Shown here piece after piece: positions 1 to 8,442 of a stretch of DNA of 54,037 nucleotides. The translations under genes and the position numbers were made by a program. Under the pieces are notes generated by a model, which ran no database searches, was not told where the DNA came from, and saw only the letters and a list, made by a program, of their open reading frames with translations. Source of the stretch: a virus (taxonomy: Duplodnaviria > Caudoviricetes); the IMG/VR virus record IMGVR_UViG_3300023297_000011, positions 1 through 54,037 of that record. One strand, 5' to 3'. The first letter of the stretch is position 1, and the number at the start of each line of letters is the position of its first letter.

Positions 1-165
1 GCCACTGTTTTGGTCGCCACTGTTTTGGTAGCCACTGTTTCGGTCGCCACTGTTTCGGTCGCCACTGTTTCGGTAGCCACTGTTTAGGTCGCCACTGTTT
101 TGGTCGCCACTGTTTTGGTAGCCACTGTTTCGGTCGCCACTGTTTAGGTCGCCACTGTTTCTAAT
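1..165. repeat. 15-bp tandem repeat gccactgttt(t/c/a)ggt(c/a), about 10-11 units
   Basis: Directly visible; only unit positions 11 and 15 vary. Confidence 0.98.
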
Positions 166-480
166 TCCAGAATTACCTCCGCCAGTATTTGCTAATATTA
201 AAAGTTCGTTCCACGTAATTTCTTTAATTATTGTTATTTTAGAACACACACATTTGTCGTCTCCTTTTTTGATATTGCCAAACATCTCAACAAGGGCAAT
301 TTTGTTTTTGGGGTCAAATGAATAATAATTAAAACAATCAGCAATTTTTTCACAAGCATGAAATCCAGAATCACACAAACCTATACCGCCATTGTGTGTA
401 TATGTTTTTCCAATCTTGTACTGAAATTCTCTACATTTCCAATTAGCATTAAAAACTTTATAAGCTGTAATCTTTTTCAT
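1..480 (-). CDS. N-terminal part of a pentapeptide-repeat (G-D/Y-R/Q/L-N-S) phage protein; runs off the left edge and continues at 54037..53590
   Basis: ATG at 480; [27 protein letters not shown]...CDSGFHAC is a common phage N-terminal domain; followed by [18 protein letters not shown] repeats; frame open to position 1. Confidence 0.85.
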   Translation of the reverse strand, partial: MKKITAYKVFNANWKCREFQYKIGKTYTHNGGIGLCDSGFHACEKIADCFNYYSFDPKNKIALVEMFGNIKKGDDKCVCSKITIIKEITWNELLILANTGGGNSGIRNSGDLNSGDRNSGYQNSGDQNSGDLNSGYRNSGDRNSGDRNSGYQNSGDQNSG

Positions 481-497
481 AGTTTTTATTTATTTAT

Positions 498-2432
498 TTA
501 TTCAATTCTTAAAGTTTTGTCTTTTGCTGATACATAAAGGTTAATAACCTGTGATTTAGTTTTTGGAATAGAGGTAACCGCCTCGGCGTTGTCAATCCAG
601 ATAGGAGCTTCAGTATTGAAGTGTTTTGATATCGCATTAATACAATCAATACCTGCCTGAATGGTCCGGGCGTGGTTTAGATCACTCCAAGGGACACCAT
701 TGTATAATAAAGTGCAATCTTCTTCCTCACCTCCATTGACGAGCTTCTTAAACATCCTGAATTTTACAGTTGTGAACATTGAAGCTATTTTAGATTCTAC
801 TAATTCCATGTAGGCTTTATTGAATTGCTCAATCAGGAATTCATCTTTTTCAGAGTTGGCTAGTTCTTGAGAAAGTGTTTTTCTTTGCTCCATTAATTCC
901 TGAATTCTTGCTGCTGCATCCTTGTTGATTTTTGCTATTTGCAAGTTACTATTAACATTGTTGATTTCCAACTGAATATGTTTTCTAACATCATTAAGTG
1001 CTGAATTATCAGCCTGTTCTGGCACCTTTAATGATTCCTCCTTAGCTTGAATTTCTTTTTTAATAGATTGGTACTCTGTATTTGATTCTAAGAGTAAGTC
1101 AATGTTAATTTCAGGGATTACTTCTTTCTCAACTGGCTCGACTGCTACTGACGGGAATAATCTTTCAATTTCTTTCTTGTTCTCCTCGATTTTACCCAAT
1201 ATATTTTTTTGCCTTTCAGCCATTCGAATTCCTTCAGCCTTAATGTTGTTGATTTTTCGAACTTGATTAGCATTGAAATTCTTTTGCATTTCTGCGCGTT
1301 CTTCTTCGATATCACCAGGTTCTAATTCTCGATTACAAGTAGGGCAAACAAATTTAGATTCATCAATTGTTAATACCTTGTCAGTTTCAGTATCATATTC
1401 CTTTCGTTTCTTGTCAAGGTCAGTATTAAGTGAATCAACCTGAACTAAATATTGTACATTTTCCTTTCCAAGTAAATCAATGGTTTGCTGATTAGACTTA
1501 ACGGTTTGGTCAGCCGATGCCCTTTCTCTTTTTACTTTATCAACTTTCTCGTTTTCATCAAACTCAACCTGGTTTTTAACTCTGTGGAGGTCGCGCTTGA
1601 GTCCTGAAATTACATCCAATTTATCAGTGTAGCCTTTATTTAACGTTTTAAATTGCTCTGCCACCTGGAATATGTCATTGTCAGCAGCCTTCAATTTAAC
1701 CTCTAATTTGACTAATTCACCTTTAAGTAAAGTTTCGTCAATCCCTTCAGTGATATTATTGTTATTTTCATCAATCCGGGGCTGAATAGTGGCAAGTTGT
1801 TCTTTAACCTTTCGTTTCTGAGCGTTTAGTTGGTCCTTATAACCTTTAATTGATTTCTTTTCGATGATCTCAACCAATTCTGCAAACCGGTTATCTGTTG
1901 CGGCTACATCGGCATAAGAAATACTACCGGCCATCTTAATAAGCGAGTCTCTTCGTTCGTTCCATTTTAGAACATCATTGAAATAAAGAGGGGATGTTAT
2001 CAGCTTAAAAGTTGTTTCGTTAATAATTTCGCCAATGATTTTTGAGTATTCCTTGTCAGGTTTTGGCACACCATCAACTGTATAATCGGTTGTGTTACCT
2101 GTAAATACAGCACCTTCCTCACCTCGTTTCTTAACCCACTTCTCTTTTAACGTCCGGGTAAGTACCATTGTTTCCCCATCGACTAATAAAACTCCCTCAA
2201 CTTCGTGTTCAATGTCTGATATCTCAACATTATTTGAGTCAAGGGTTTTAATACCAAAGTCTTTTTTATCCTGAGAATTCTTACCAAACAGGAGCCAGGT
2301 GAAGGCATCGAAGATAGTAGTTTTGAACGTAGCGTTATCGCCATAGATATTAGTGATTCCTGAAAAGTTAACCTCAAGGTTTTTAGCACCCTTAAAGTTT
2401 CTTAGTTTAAGTGATTGTAATTTTACATTCAT
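498..2432 (-). CDS. SbcC/Rad50-like AAA ATPase (phage recombination)
   Basis: LRNFKG start, Walker A GDNATFKTT, long coiled coil with CPTC zinc hook, C-terminal IWIDNAE Walker B. Confidence 0.85.
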   Translation of the reverse strand: MNVKLQSLKLRNFKGAKNLEVNFSGITNIYGDNATFKTTIFDAFTWLLFGKNSQDKKDFGIKTLDSNNVEISDIEHEVEGVLLVDGETMVLTRTLKEKWVKKRGEEGAVFTGNTTDYTVDGVPKPDKEYSKIIGEIINETTFKLITSPLYFNDVLKWNERRDSLIKMAGSISYADVAATDNRFAELVEIIEKKSIKGYKDQLNAQKRKVKEQLATIQPRIDENNNNITEGIDETLLKGELVKLEVKLKAADNDIFQVAEQFKTLNKGYTDKLDVISGLKRDLHRVKNQVEFDENEKVDKVKRERASADQTVKSNQQTIDLLGKENVQYLVQVDSLNTDLDKKRKEYDTETDKVLTIDESKFVCPTCNRELEPGDIEEERAEMQKNFNANQVRKINNIKAEGIRMAERQKNILGKIEENKKEIERLFPSVAVEPVEKEVIPEINIDLLLESNTEYQSIKKEIQAKEESLKVPEQADNSALNDVRKHIQLEINNVNSNLQIAKINKDAAARIQELMEQRKTLSQELANSEKDEFLIEQFNKAYMELVESKIASMFTTVKFRMFKKLVNGGEEEDCTLLYNGVPWSDLNHARTIQAGIDCINAISKHFNTEAPIWIDNAEAVTSIPKTKSQVINLYVSAKDKTLRIE

Positions 2433-2433
2433 T

Positions 2434-2670
2434 TTAGTCGTTGTTTAAAGGTGGATTTACACTTACCATTTTCATTAGCTCGGAATTCGAGTTTTTAAGG
2501 GCTTCAATAGCTTTTTCAGACTTAGTGATAGTTTCCATCCGGTCATTACGGATATTCTGAAACAATGCAGAAATAATCTCATTCTGATTCACGTTAGGGA
2601 ATTTTAGTATTCTACTGGTCGTTTCTTTTATGAGATCAGCTTGCTCATTAATTACTTTATCGTCTTCCAT
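2434..2670 (-). CDS. hypothetical protein
   Basis: ORF tightly packed in the minus-strand operon. Confidence 0.7.
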   Translation of the reverse strand: MEDDKVINEQADLIKETTSRILKFPNVNQNEIISALFQNIRNDRMETITKSEKAIEALKNSNSELMKMVSVNPPLNND

Positions 2671-2678
2671 TATTATTG

Positions 2679-2861
2679 TTAGTTTATTATTTCTGGTTTT
2701 AGTTTTTTATAGCTCCGCATAAACATTGCAGAGTAGGGTTCTTTCATTTTCTTGAACCTCTTTAATTCGAGTTCGCCAACAAAGCTGCCTGGTGAATACT
2801 CCCCAAAGAAGAACATTGAAAGCCATTTTATTTTTCCTTTTTTAATAATTGGTGCTGCCAT
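2679..2861 (-). CDS. hypothetical protein
   Basis: ORF with A-rich leader, operon context. Confidence 0.6.
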   Translation of the reverse strand: MAAPIIKKGKIKWLSMFFFGEYSPGSFVGELELKRFKKMKEPYSAMFMRSYKKLKPEIIN

Positions 2862-2878
2862 TGTAGTAGTTTTTTAAT

Positions 2879-2907
2879 AAAAGGGTAGGCTCCTTACACC
2901 TACCCTT
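2879..2907 (-). terminator. intrinsic terminator-like hairpin
   Basis: aagggtagg/cctaccctt 9-bp stem with T-run on the minus strand. Confidence 0.55.
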
Positions 2908-2915
2908 AATAGTAG

Positions 2916-3038
2916 TTAATTGAAAATAATAATTAAGATTACTACGAATACAAAAACTATTAATAAGCCTTTGATTAAATTTTCAGCGTCTTTTTCTGAT
3001 TTTTGTTTCTTCTCTGAATTGTAATAAGGATGTTTCAT
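2916..3038 (-). CDS. 40-aa membrane peptide (not in ORF track)
   Basis: MKHPYYNSEKKQKSEKDAENLIKGLLIVFVFVVILIIIFN*; single C-terminal hydrophobic helix. Confidence 0.55.
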   Translation of the reverse strand: MKHPYYNSEKKQKSEKDAENLIKGLLIVFVFVVILIIIFN

Positions 3039-3070
3039 AATATCTTTGTTTTAAATAAACTTCAAACATA

Positions 3071-3380
3071 CCCCCGAATCGCTCCGGGGGCTCCAATTAC
3101 GCTGCTACTTTAGCTTCATAACCGAAAATATTTACTGTTTTGCCTGTTATGGCTGTTAACCCTCCGTTATACTACTTCCCTGCCTGTCAAAAACCAGTCA
3201 GCCCCGGAAGTATAGTTTTGTTTATTGCGCCATGTCCCATACTAATAGAGGAGCTACAAGCAACCTAACTATACTCATTTCTAATCGGCACGACTAAAGG
3301 CGATCACTAATCAATCCTTTAGCTTAATGTGGAGCTGGCGGGATTCGAACCCGCGTCCAAACAGTATTTCAAATAACATC
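3071..3380 (-). ncRNA. ssrA: circularly permuted (two-piece) tmRNA: acceptor piece 3380-3330, intervening segment 3329-3206, coding piece 3205 to about 3071
   Basis: Acceptor piece ends GGACGCGGGTTCGAATCCCGCCAGCTCCA. Coding piece starts GGGGCTGACTGGTTTTTGACAGGCAG. Acceptor stem GGGGCTG/CAGCTCC has G3-U70 and A73; P2 pairing CAGGCAG/CTGTTTG and ATAAC/GTTAT. Tag frame 3144-3097 after ATAACA reads GKTVNIFGYEAKVAA*; ends in a GCGA-tetraloop hairpin. Confidence 0.9.
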
Positions 3381-3389
3381 AAAAGGTCG

Positions 3390-3486
3390 TACCGGATAAG
3401 GGATTGAACCTTATTAGCCCATAGGTTTAGGATTTTGCCAGTGTGATTTCTCTCCTGGGACTTATCCTTTCCTACTGCTTCCGGTG
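3390..3486 (-). ncRNA. tRNA-like element (acceptor stem and T-arm; long irregular hairpin in place of D/anticodon arms)
   Basis: ACCGGA...TCCGGT-A stem; T-arm TAAGG-TTCAATC-CCTTA; nested TAGG/CCTA, AGGAT/ATCCT, CCAG/CTGG helices. Confidence 0.6.
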
Positions 3487-3506
3487 GGTAATAGAACTAT
3501 AAAAAA

Positions 3507-3675
3507 CAATCTGCCTTGCCAAGGAGTAACTAGATTAGGCTGTCTGTAAAGACCATGACACTAATTTCATTACTAATCCATCTAAACTATCACTTCGGCT
3601 TATGAAATAACCATAAGGTGCTTCGAGAACCCATTAACCCAACTTTATTCGTTACTGTTTAGCTTCATCAGATTG
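3507..3675 (-). ncRNA. candidate structured ncRNA (~170 nt)
   Basis: Closing CAATCTG/CAGATTG; inner AGTAAC/GTTACT, GGATTAG/CTAATCT, CTTATG/CATAAG; possible pseudoknot CTAAAC/GTTTAG; no ORF in the track. Confidence 0.45.
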
Positions 3676-3688
3676 AATCTTCAATATT

Positions 3689-3925
3689 TTAATGAACTTT
3701 TGCTATCCTTCGTTTTTTAGCCAACCTGTTTTGTTGGGCATAGTTCATTACTGTGTGCTTTCTTGGTACAAATTCAGGATTGCCGCCACCCATAAATACT
3801 TGATGTGTTGCCATGCCATTTGCAGATTCTGCATTCATTCCTCCGACCATAAACATAGCCATTAACATTTTAAATAATCCTAATTTAGGATTTCCTGTTT
3901 GTTTTTTAATATTACCTGATTTCAT
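3689..3925 (-). CDS. hypothetical protein with basic C-terminus
   Basis: ORF with A-rich leader. Confidence 0.65.
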   Translation of the reverse strand: MKSGNIKKQTGNPKLGLFKMLMAMFMVGGMNAESANGMATHQVFMGGGNPEFVPRKHTVMNYAQQNRLAKKRRIAKVH

Positions 3926-3958
3926 TTTATTATAAATTTACATTAATAATTTCTTTTT

Positions 3959-3989
3959 AAAAGGGAGGTTATAGTTTTCCTCCCTTTTT
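3959..3989. terminator. bidirectional terminator-like hairpin
   Basis: aaaagggagg/cctccctttt stem. Confidence 0.6.
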
Positions 3990-4024
3990 AGGCTTAATCA
4001 ACTACTTGGCTCTTCTCTCTACTT

Positions 4025-4891
4025 TTAAGCCCTTTTTTTATCTTGCAAAAATTGCCTCCAATTATTTTTTATAAAATACCTACCCTTACGTTCGACTAAA
4101 ACACCCCTTTTGATTGCTTCATTAAAAGTTGTCACAATCATAGCCCTACCTTTCTCTGTCCATCGCAAGGTTATTTTAGTGCCTGTTTCTCCTGTATTGG
4201 TATCTTTTATGTAGGTATGAGTATGTGGTTTTGCGTAACCATGCCCCTGAAATTGTGCAGTTAATGAATATTCTTCGCCTGTTTTACGAATGATTTTAAG
4301 CTCTTTTAGTAGCCTATTTAAAATAACGGCAGACATATTAAGTTGGGATGCAATTGTAGTTACTGTATGTTCAGAATTGGCCTGCAATACACTTTCGCAG
4401 TATTCAGCCTTAGGTGAAAGTTCGGCGATTGCTGTTTTATCAATTTGTGTTTGAACTAAAAGCCTTTCATTTTCTGCCCTCTCTTTTTTTAGATTTGTGG
4501 CAATCTCAATTAATAAATCAGGATTATTGGCGATATTTTCTAAAGTATCAGTAGTGGCAGTCAATCCGTGTTTTAATAATTCTTTGACATGGTTGTTGCA
4601 CCATAAATAAAATTCAGGAGATAACCATTGTGCAAATAAAAGCATGGCATCTTCTTGCATCCATGTGCCGGGATTATTGCCGCCATTCACAACTCTCACA
4701 ATATCAGCCAATAGGCATTTTTGCCCACTGGCAATTGCATGAATCAATGTATCTGACTGCTCAGTTCTTAACCAATCTTTAGGTGTTTTGCCGAATGATT
4801 TAGCCATTTCGGTAGCATTAGCCATTACCTTACCATCATTATTGATAAAGGTAACAAATGAATTATTAAATTTATAGGCTATTTGTTTCAT
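4025..4891 (-). CDS. KilA-N / ANT(KilAC) antirepressor-type DNA-binding protein
   Basis: VMANATEMAKSFGK..DWLR..GTW..FAQWLSPEF (KilA-N); PKAEY..TVTTIA..LRWTEKGR (ANT). Confidence 0.9.
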   Translation of the reverse strand: MKQIAYKFNNSFVTFINNDGKVMANATEMAKSFGKTPKDWLRTEQSDTLIHAIASGQKCLLADIVRVVNGGNNPGTWMQEDAMLLFAQWLSPEFYLWCNNHVKELLKHGLTATTDTLENIANNPDLLIEIATNLKKERAENERLLVQTQIDKTAIAELSPKAEYCESVLQANSEHTVTTIASQLNMSAVILNRLLKELKIIRKTGEEYSLTAQFQGHGYAKPHTHTYIKDTNTGETGTKITLRWTEKGRAMIVTTFNEAIKRGVLVERKGRYFIKNNWRQFLQDKKRA

Positions 4892-5115
4892 GGCAATGTG
4901 ATTTTTTTAGTTTTAACAGGGAATAATTCTTGTGCCGACCGTCCAGGTATAATACTTGCAATTACCTTGCGCTTTATGACAGGCACTTGTCGCCAATCCG
5001 AAACATAATGAGCTGCCCTGTTTTCAGATACAAGGCACCTTTCTTTAACCCTTGCGCGAAACCATCCTTTAGTATTAGCATCCGGCAGTTTTTTATAATA
5101 TTCAGTTAAATTCAT
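4888..5115 (-). CDS. small putative DNA-binding (Cro-like) protein
   Basis: Size, basic composition, overlaps the antirepressor start. Confidence 0.5.
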   Translation of the reverse strand: MNLTEYYKKLPDANTKGWFRARVKERCLVSENRAAHYVSDWRQVPVIKRKVIASIIPGRSAQELFPVKTKKITLP

Positions 5116-5188
5116 GTTGTTTTTTTAAATGTTATTTTGACACAAATTAAGCATAAAAATTCCACTAATACAAGCGTTTTTATGTGTT

Positions 5189-5383
5189 TTATAACACTTT
5201 TACTGTACCTGACAAGAAATTCAAGAGTTTTTCTAGTGTGCCGACCTGAATATCTGTCTTCCCATTAAGGAACTGAGATATTGCAGCTTCCCGGACACCG
5301 GTTTCTTGTGACATTTTTTTGTTTGTAACATTAGCCCGTTTTTTAGCGGCCGCAAGTTGTTCCCTGAAGTTTATTTTATTCAT
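5189..5383 (-). CDS. XRE-family helix-turn-helix regulator
   Basis: TNKKMSQETGVREAAISQFLNGK..TLEKL HTH pattern. Confidence 0.85.
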   Translation of the reverse strand: MNKINFREQLAAAKKRANVTNKKMSQETGVREAAISQFLNGKTDIQVGTLEKLLNFLSGTVKVL

Positions 5384-5385
5384 GT

Positions 5386-5760
5386 TTAGTTTTTTATAAT
5401 TGTTATGTTTTCAAATTTATCAATGTAGTCGTTTTCTCCAACCAGGAAATCTATTTTGCGATTCCACCGGCGATTCATTAAATCATTCACAACCCATTTG
5501 CCGTCGTATATGCCTCTTTTAGTTCCTGAGACGATTAATGTGTCACCAAAAGCATAGAACTCTTTCAAATCCCTTGAAATCGCTATCCAGCGATGTTTTA
5601 ACGGGTCGTTTTCATCTATTTTTTTACAACTGGCTGTAATTAGCGGCGTATCGTCGCACTGGTTTTCAACTGGATGGTAGCATGTGCCCGTTACATTTAT
5701 TTCATCCTTGTTTTTTACTGTTGAAAAACTAAGGAATAGTATTAGTAGTTTTGTGTTCAT
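5386..5760 (-). CDS. 3D-domain (double-psi beta barrel, cell-wall associated) protein
   Basis: TGTCYHP..QCDDTPLITAS..WIAISRDL..FGD..VNDLMN.R..KIDFL; hydrophobic N-terminus. Confidence 0.75.
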   Translation of the reverse strand: MNTKLLILFLSFSTVKNKDEINVTGTCYHPVENQCDDTPLITASCKKIDENDPLKHRWIAISRDLKEFYAFGDTLIVSGTKRGIYDGKWVVNDLMNRRWNRKIDFLVGENDYIDKFENITIIKN

Positions 5761-5796
5761 TTTTTTTATGGGCTCAATTGAGTTTTTTACAAAACA

Positions 5797-5982
5797 TTAT
5801 GCTTCCATTAATTCAACTATTTTTTCACCTATGAAAGTAAGCATTTGATTTGCTGTTTCAGTATCTCCCGAATCATGGGCTAAACTACATTCAGTCAATT
5901 TTGGCTCAAGGCAGTTATATAATTTCCCTCCCATTCCTTCTACGAATAGGTAAACTAATTTAAATTGTGTTTCGAATTTCAT
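5797..5982 (-). CDS. hypothetical early protein
   Basis: ORF track, operon context. Confidence 0.6.
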   Translation of the reverse strand: MKFETQFKLVYLFVEGMGGKLYNCLEPKLTECSLAHDSGDTETANQMLTFIGEKIVELMEA

Positions 5983-5986
5983 ATCT

Positions 5987-6226
5987 TTATTTTTTATGGT
6001 TAGCTGTTTTCATCCAGAACATATCAACATTATAGAATAACAATCCGGCTTTGTTTAACTGATTCACAACCAACTTAGTCATGTTTAACAATTTCTTTTG
6101 GCTCGTGCCATTGTCCTTGGCTAAAATTAAAACATCCAACATTTTTTTACTTTGTTTTGATTTTGAGGACCAGTCATTTTTATCAACGGCCATTCCAATT
6201 TCTAATAATACGTCAGATAGTAACAT
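5987..6226 (-). CDS. hypothetical early protein
   Basis: ORF with AACCATAAAAA leader. Confidence 0.6.
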   Translation of the reverse strand: MLLSDVLLEIGMAVDKNDWSSKSKQSKKMLDVLILAKDNGTSQKKLLNMTKLVVNQLNKAGLLFYNVDMFWMKTANHKK

Positions 6227-6312
6227 GTTTTTTATTTTTTATGGTTAATACACAGCCATTTAAAGCCGTGTTTCATTCATTTAGAAATCGTCAGTTAACC
6301 TGTTTTTTAGCG

Positions 6313-6591
6313 TTAAAGAAGTTCGAAAATGTGTTCACCTGTTGAGTTATCAAAGTAATATTGATTTTTATCAACAGTCAAATAAAATATATTAGTTGCT
6401 GATTCAGAAACATACTGAATTTTTACATTTGCATATTCTTTGCTAGGGATAACAATTTTAGATTCTATTTGATTAACTGTTGTTTGTTTGCTAAAGTCAC
6501 AAAAACTAACTGCAACCTCTTTTGCTTCTTGGAAGTTTGCAACCTCTATTATTGTAACGTAATTTCCGTTAATAATTAAAAATCTTTTCAT
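6313..6591 (-). CDS. hypothetical early protein
   Basis: ORF with A-rich leader. Confidence 0.65.
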   Translation of the reverse strand: MKRFLIINGNYVTIIEVANFQEAKEVAVSFCDFSKQTTVNQIESKIVIPSKEYANVKIQYVSESATNIFYLTVDKNQYYFDNSTGEHIFELL

Positions 6592-6595
6592 TTTA

Positions 6596-6769
6596 TTAGT
6601 TTTTTATAGTTGTTTTTTTACCGTTCGGTTCTGTTAAAATAAGACTGTTTTCTAATTGTTCAACTTCAATATTATTCAACTGAATGAATGTACTAAATAC
6701 GGTCTGGTGCCATTCTGTTAATGGATTTGCCGATTCAATAAAGCTCTTTAATTCTGAAACTGTTTTCAT
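6596..6769 (-). CDS. 57-aa hypothetical early protein (not in ORF track)
   Basis: MKTVSELKSFIESANPLTEWHQ...KTTIKN*; same leader type as neighbours. Confidence 0.6.
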   Translation of the reverse strand: MKTVSELKSFIESANPLTEWHQTVFSTFIQLNNIEVEQLENSLILTEPNGKKTTIKN

Positions 6770-7021
6770 TTGATTAGTTTTTTATGGTTAAATAAATATC
6801 TTAAACCAGGACCCGCCGAAAGTCTGAATAAACCAGCCGGAAAAGGTTAAATTATCGTCGTAAAATGAAATTTGAATTTTAATGTTTTTAGAATCAAAAT
6901 TTATATTTTGCTCTAAATCTGTTAAGTATATTTCTGGCATAATATTATTTTTTAAGGTTTGAACTGGAGGGCTGAAATAAATCCAACCCCGCCGGGCTTC
7001 TCGGCTTAATCCCTTAGCACC

Positions 7022-7249
7022 TTAATTTTTATTAATAGTTTCGTAAACTGAATTTACAAACTCTTTTTTTGTGTCTCCTAATCCGCAAAAAGTGCCAAAT
7101 CCCTTGCTATTAAATTCCATTGCGCCAGGTAAATTTGGGGTTGCTTCGAACTTTCTACCATCAAAGTCAAAATTAAAACTGAATGAATTACCATACAATC
7201 TTTTAACTCTTGTTTCTTTTTTGATTTGTTTTCTGGTTAAAGTTTTCAT
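7022..7249 (-). CDS. hypothetical early protein
   Basis: MKT start with AACCTAAAAA leader. Confidence 0.65.
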   Translation of the reverse strand: MKTLTRKQIKKETRVKRLYGNSFSFNFDFDGRKFEATPNLPGAMEFNSKGFGTFCGLGDTKKEFVNSVYETINKN

Positions 7250-7659
7250 TTTGTCTTTTTTTTAGGTTGATAATTAATAAATTTCACTTTGATTGTTTTT
7301 TAATTCACTAACCTAGTTTTTTATAGCTAATGAATGATATTTAACACATTATTTTTACATTTCATTTATCAGGTTTTTTAAAAACAGGGGCAAATGACCA
7401 ATTTAAACCCCTGAAACAAAAATGAAAACCTATATTATAGTCTTTTAAATTCCTTGCAATGGTTTTTTTCTCCTGTCATCCTTAATTCAATATATGGCTT
7501 ACTAATTCCATAAGTAAATTTTGTCATTTCATCAATAAATGCGCCACACGATTCGTTTGTTCCGCACAATGAAATTGAATATTTTTTACATCTGTCACAA
7601 ATAGTTTTCATGGCTTAATTTTTTAATGTTTTAAGTTGTTAACCGTTGGGGTTTTATAA

Positions 7660-7908
7660 TTACATTTTTATGTAATACGTATCGTTTGAAAAGGTTACTT
7701 TTTTTATAACTGCCTTTCGATGTTCAAGCGGATTTTCTGATATTAATATTTGAAACCCGTTTTTATTATCTGTCATAAAAATACACTTAAACCAATTTTC
7801 AAAACACGGGCCCAGATTGTGTCCTTTTTTTTGTGCTAATATTCGAACAAATTTCTCTTTTTCGAGCATTCTTTTTTCGCTAATATCTTTTAAATTAACT
7901 GTTTTCAT
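7660..7908 (-). CDS. hypothetical early protein
   Basis: MKT start with AAACCTAAAAAAATAATATT-type leader. Confidence 0.65.
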   Translation of the reverse strand: MKTVNLKDISEKRMLEKEKFVRILAQKKGHNLGPCFENWFKCIFMTDNKNGFQILISENPLEHRKAVIKKVTFSNDTYYIKM

Positions 7909-8031
7909 AATATTATTTTTTAGGTTTAATAAATTTTATTACAATTCTTACATATAATAACAAAACACCAACCAAAGGGCAAAATATAAAGTTACGATCC
8001 CGACATAGTTCTATATTTACAAGGAATGAAA

Positions 8032-8442
8032 TTAATAAATTACCAAATAATCTTTATTTAATAATTTATCATTTTTTTGATTATAAAATCCGGTTGGATG
8101 GATTAAATTACGCTTGCCATTACAATCAAAATATTTTATCATACCGTTTGGGCAAATTTTAACAATAGGTTTTTTATTAATTCCAACGTTATTAAAAACA
8201 CTCTGAAGGTGTGAAGCATCCCCGAAATGTGAACTACTGGCGCCACTGTCTTTGTAAGATATAGAATAAAAATAGACATTGCCAGTATTAATACTTTTAG
8301 CTTGGATAAAAAACCAGCTACGGTTGGTATCAAATATATTTAAAATTTTATTATATTTTTCATTTACATAATCAAGTAAAAAACTTTTACCATCCTTATT
8401 AGCTTTATTATAAGCAAATTCATGTAATTTTAAATTTTCCAT
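8032..8442 (-). CDS. hypothetical early protein
   Basis: 136-aa ORF with AAACCTAAAAAAC leader. Confidence 0.7.
   Translation of the reverse strand: MENLKLHEFAYNKANKDGKSFLLDYVNEKYNKILNIFDTNRSWFFIQAKSINTGNVYFYSISYKDSGASSSHFGDASHLQSVFNNVGINKKPIVKICPNGMIKYFDCNGKRNLIHPTGFYNQKNDKLLNKDYLVIY

Noticed and set aside
1-165. Terminal 15-bp repeats as CRISPR array or DGR template/variable repeat
   Set aside because: No spacers; units are in-frame coding; variation is not adenine-specific and no reverse transcriptase is present
3327-3360. tmRNA/tRNA 3' fragment as an attP site
   Set aside because: The matching 5' half, P2 partner and tag frame are present downstream, and there is no integrase; a permuted tmRNA explains it better
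3660-3675. CTGATGA on the minus strand as a hammerhead ribozyme core
   Set aside because: No properly placed stem II-GAAA and cleavage triplet could be built
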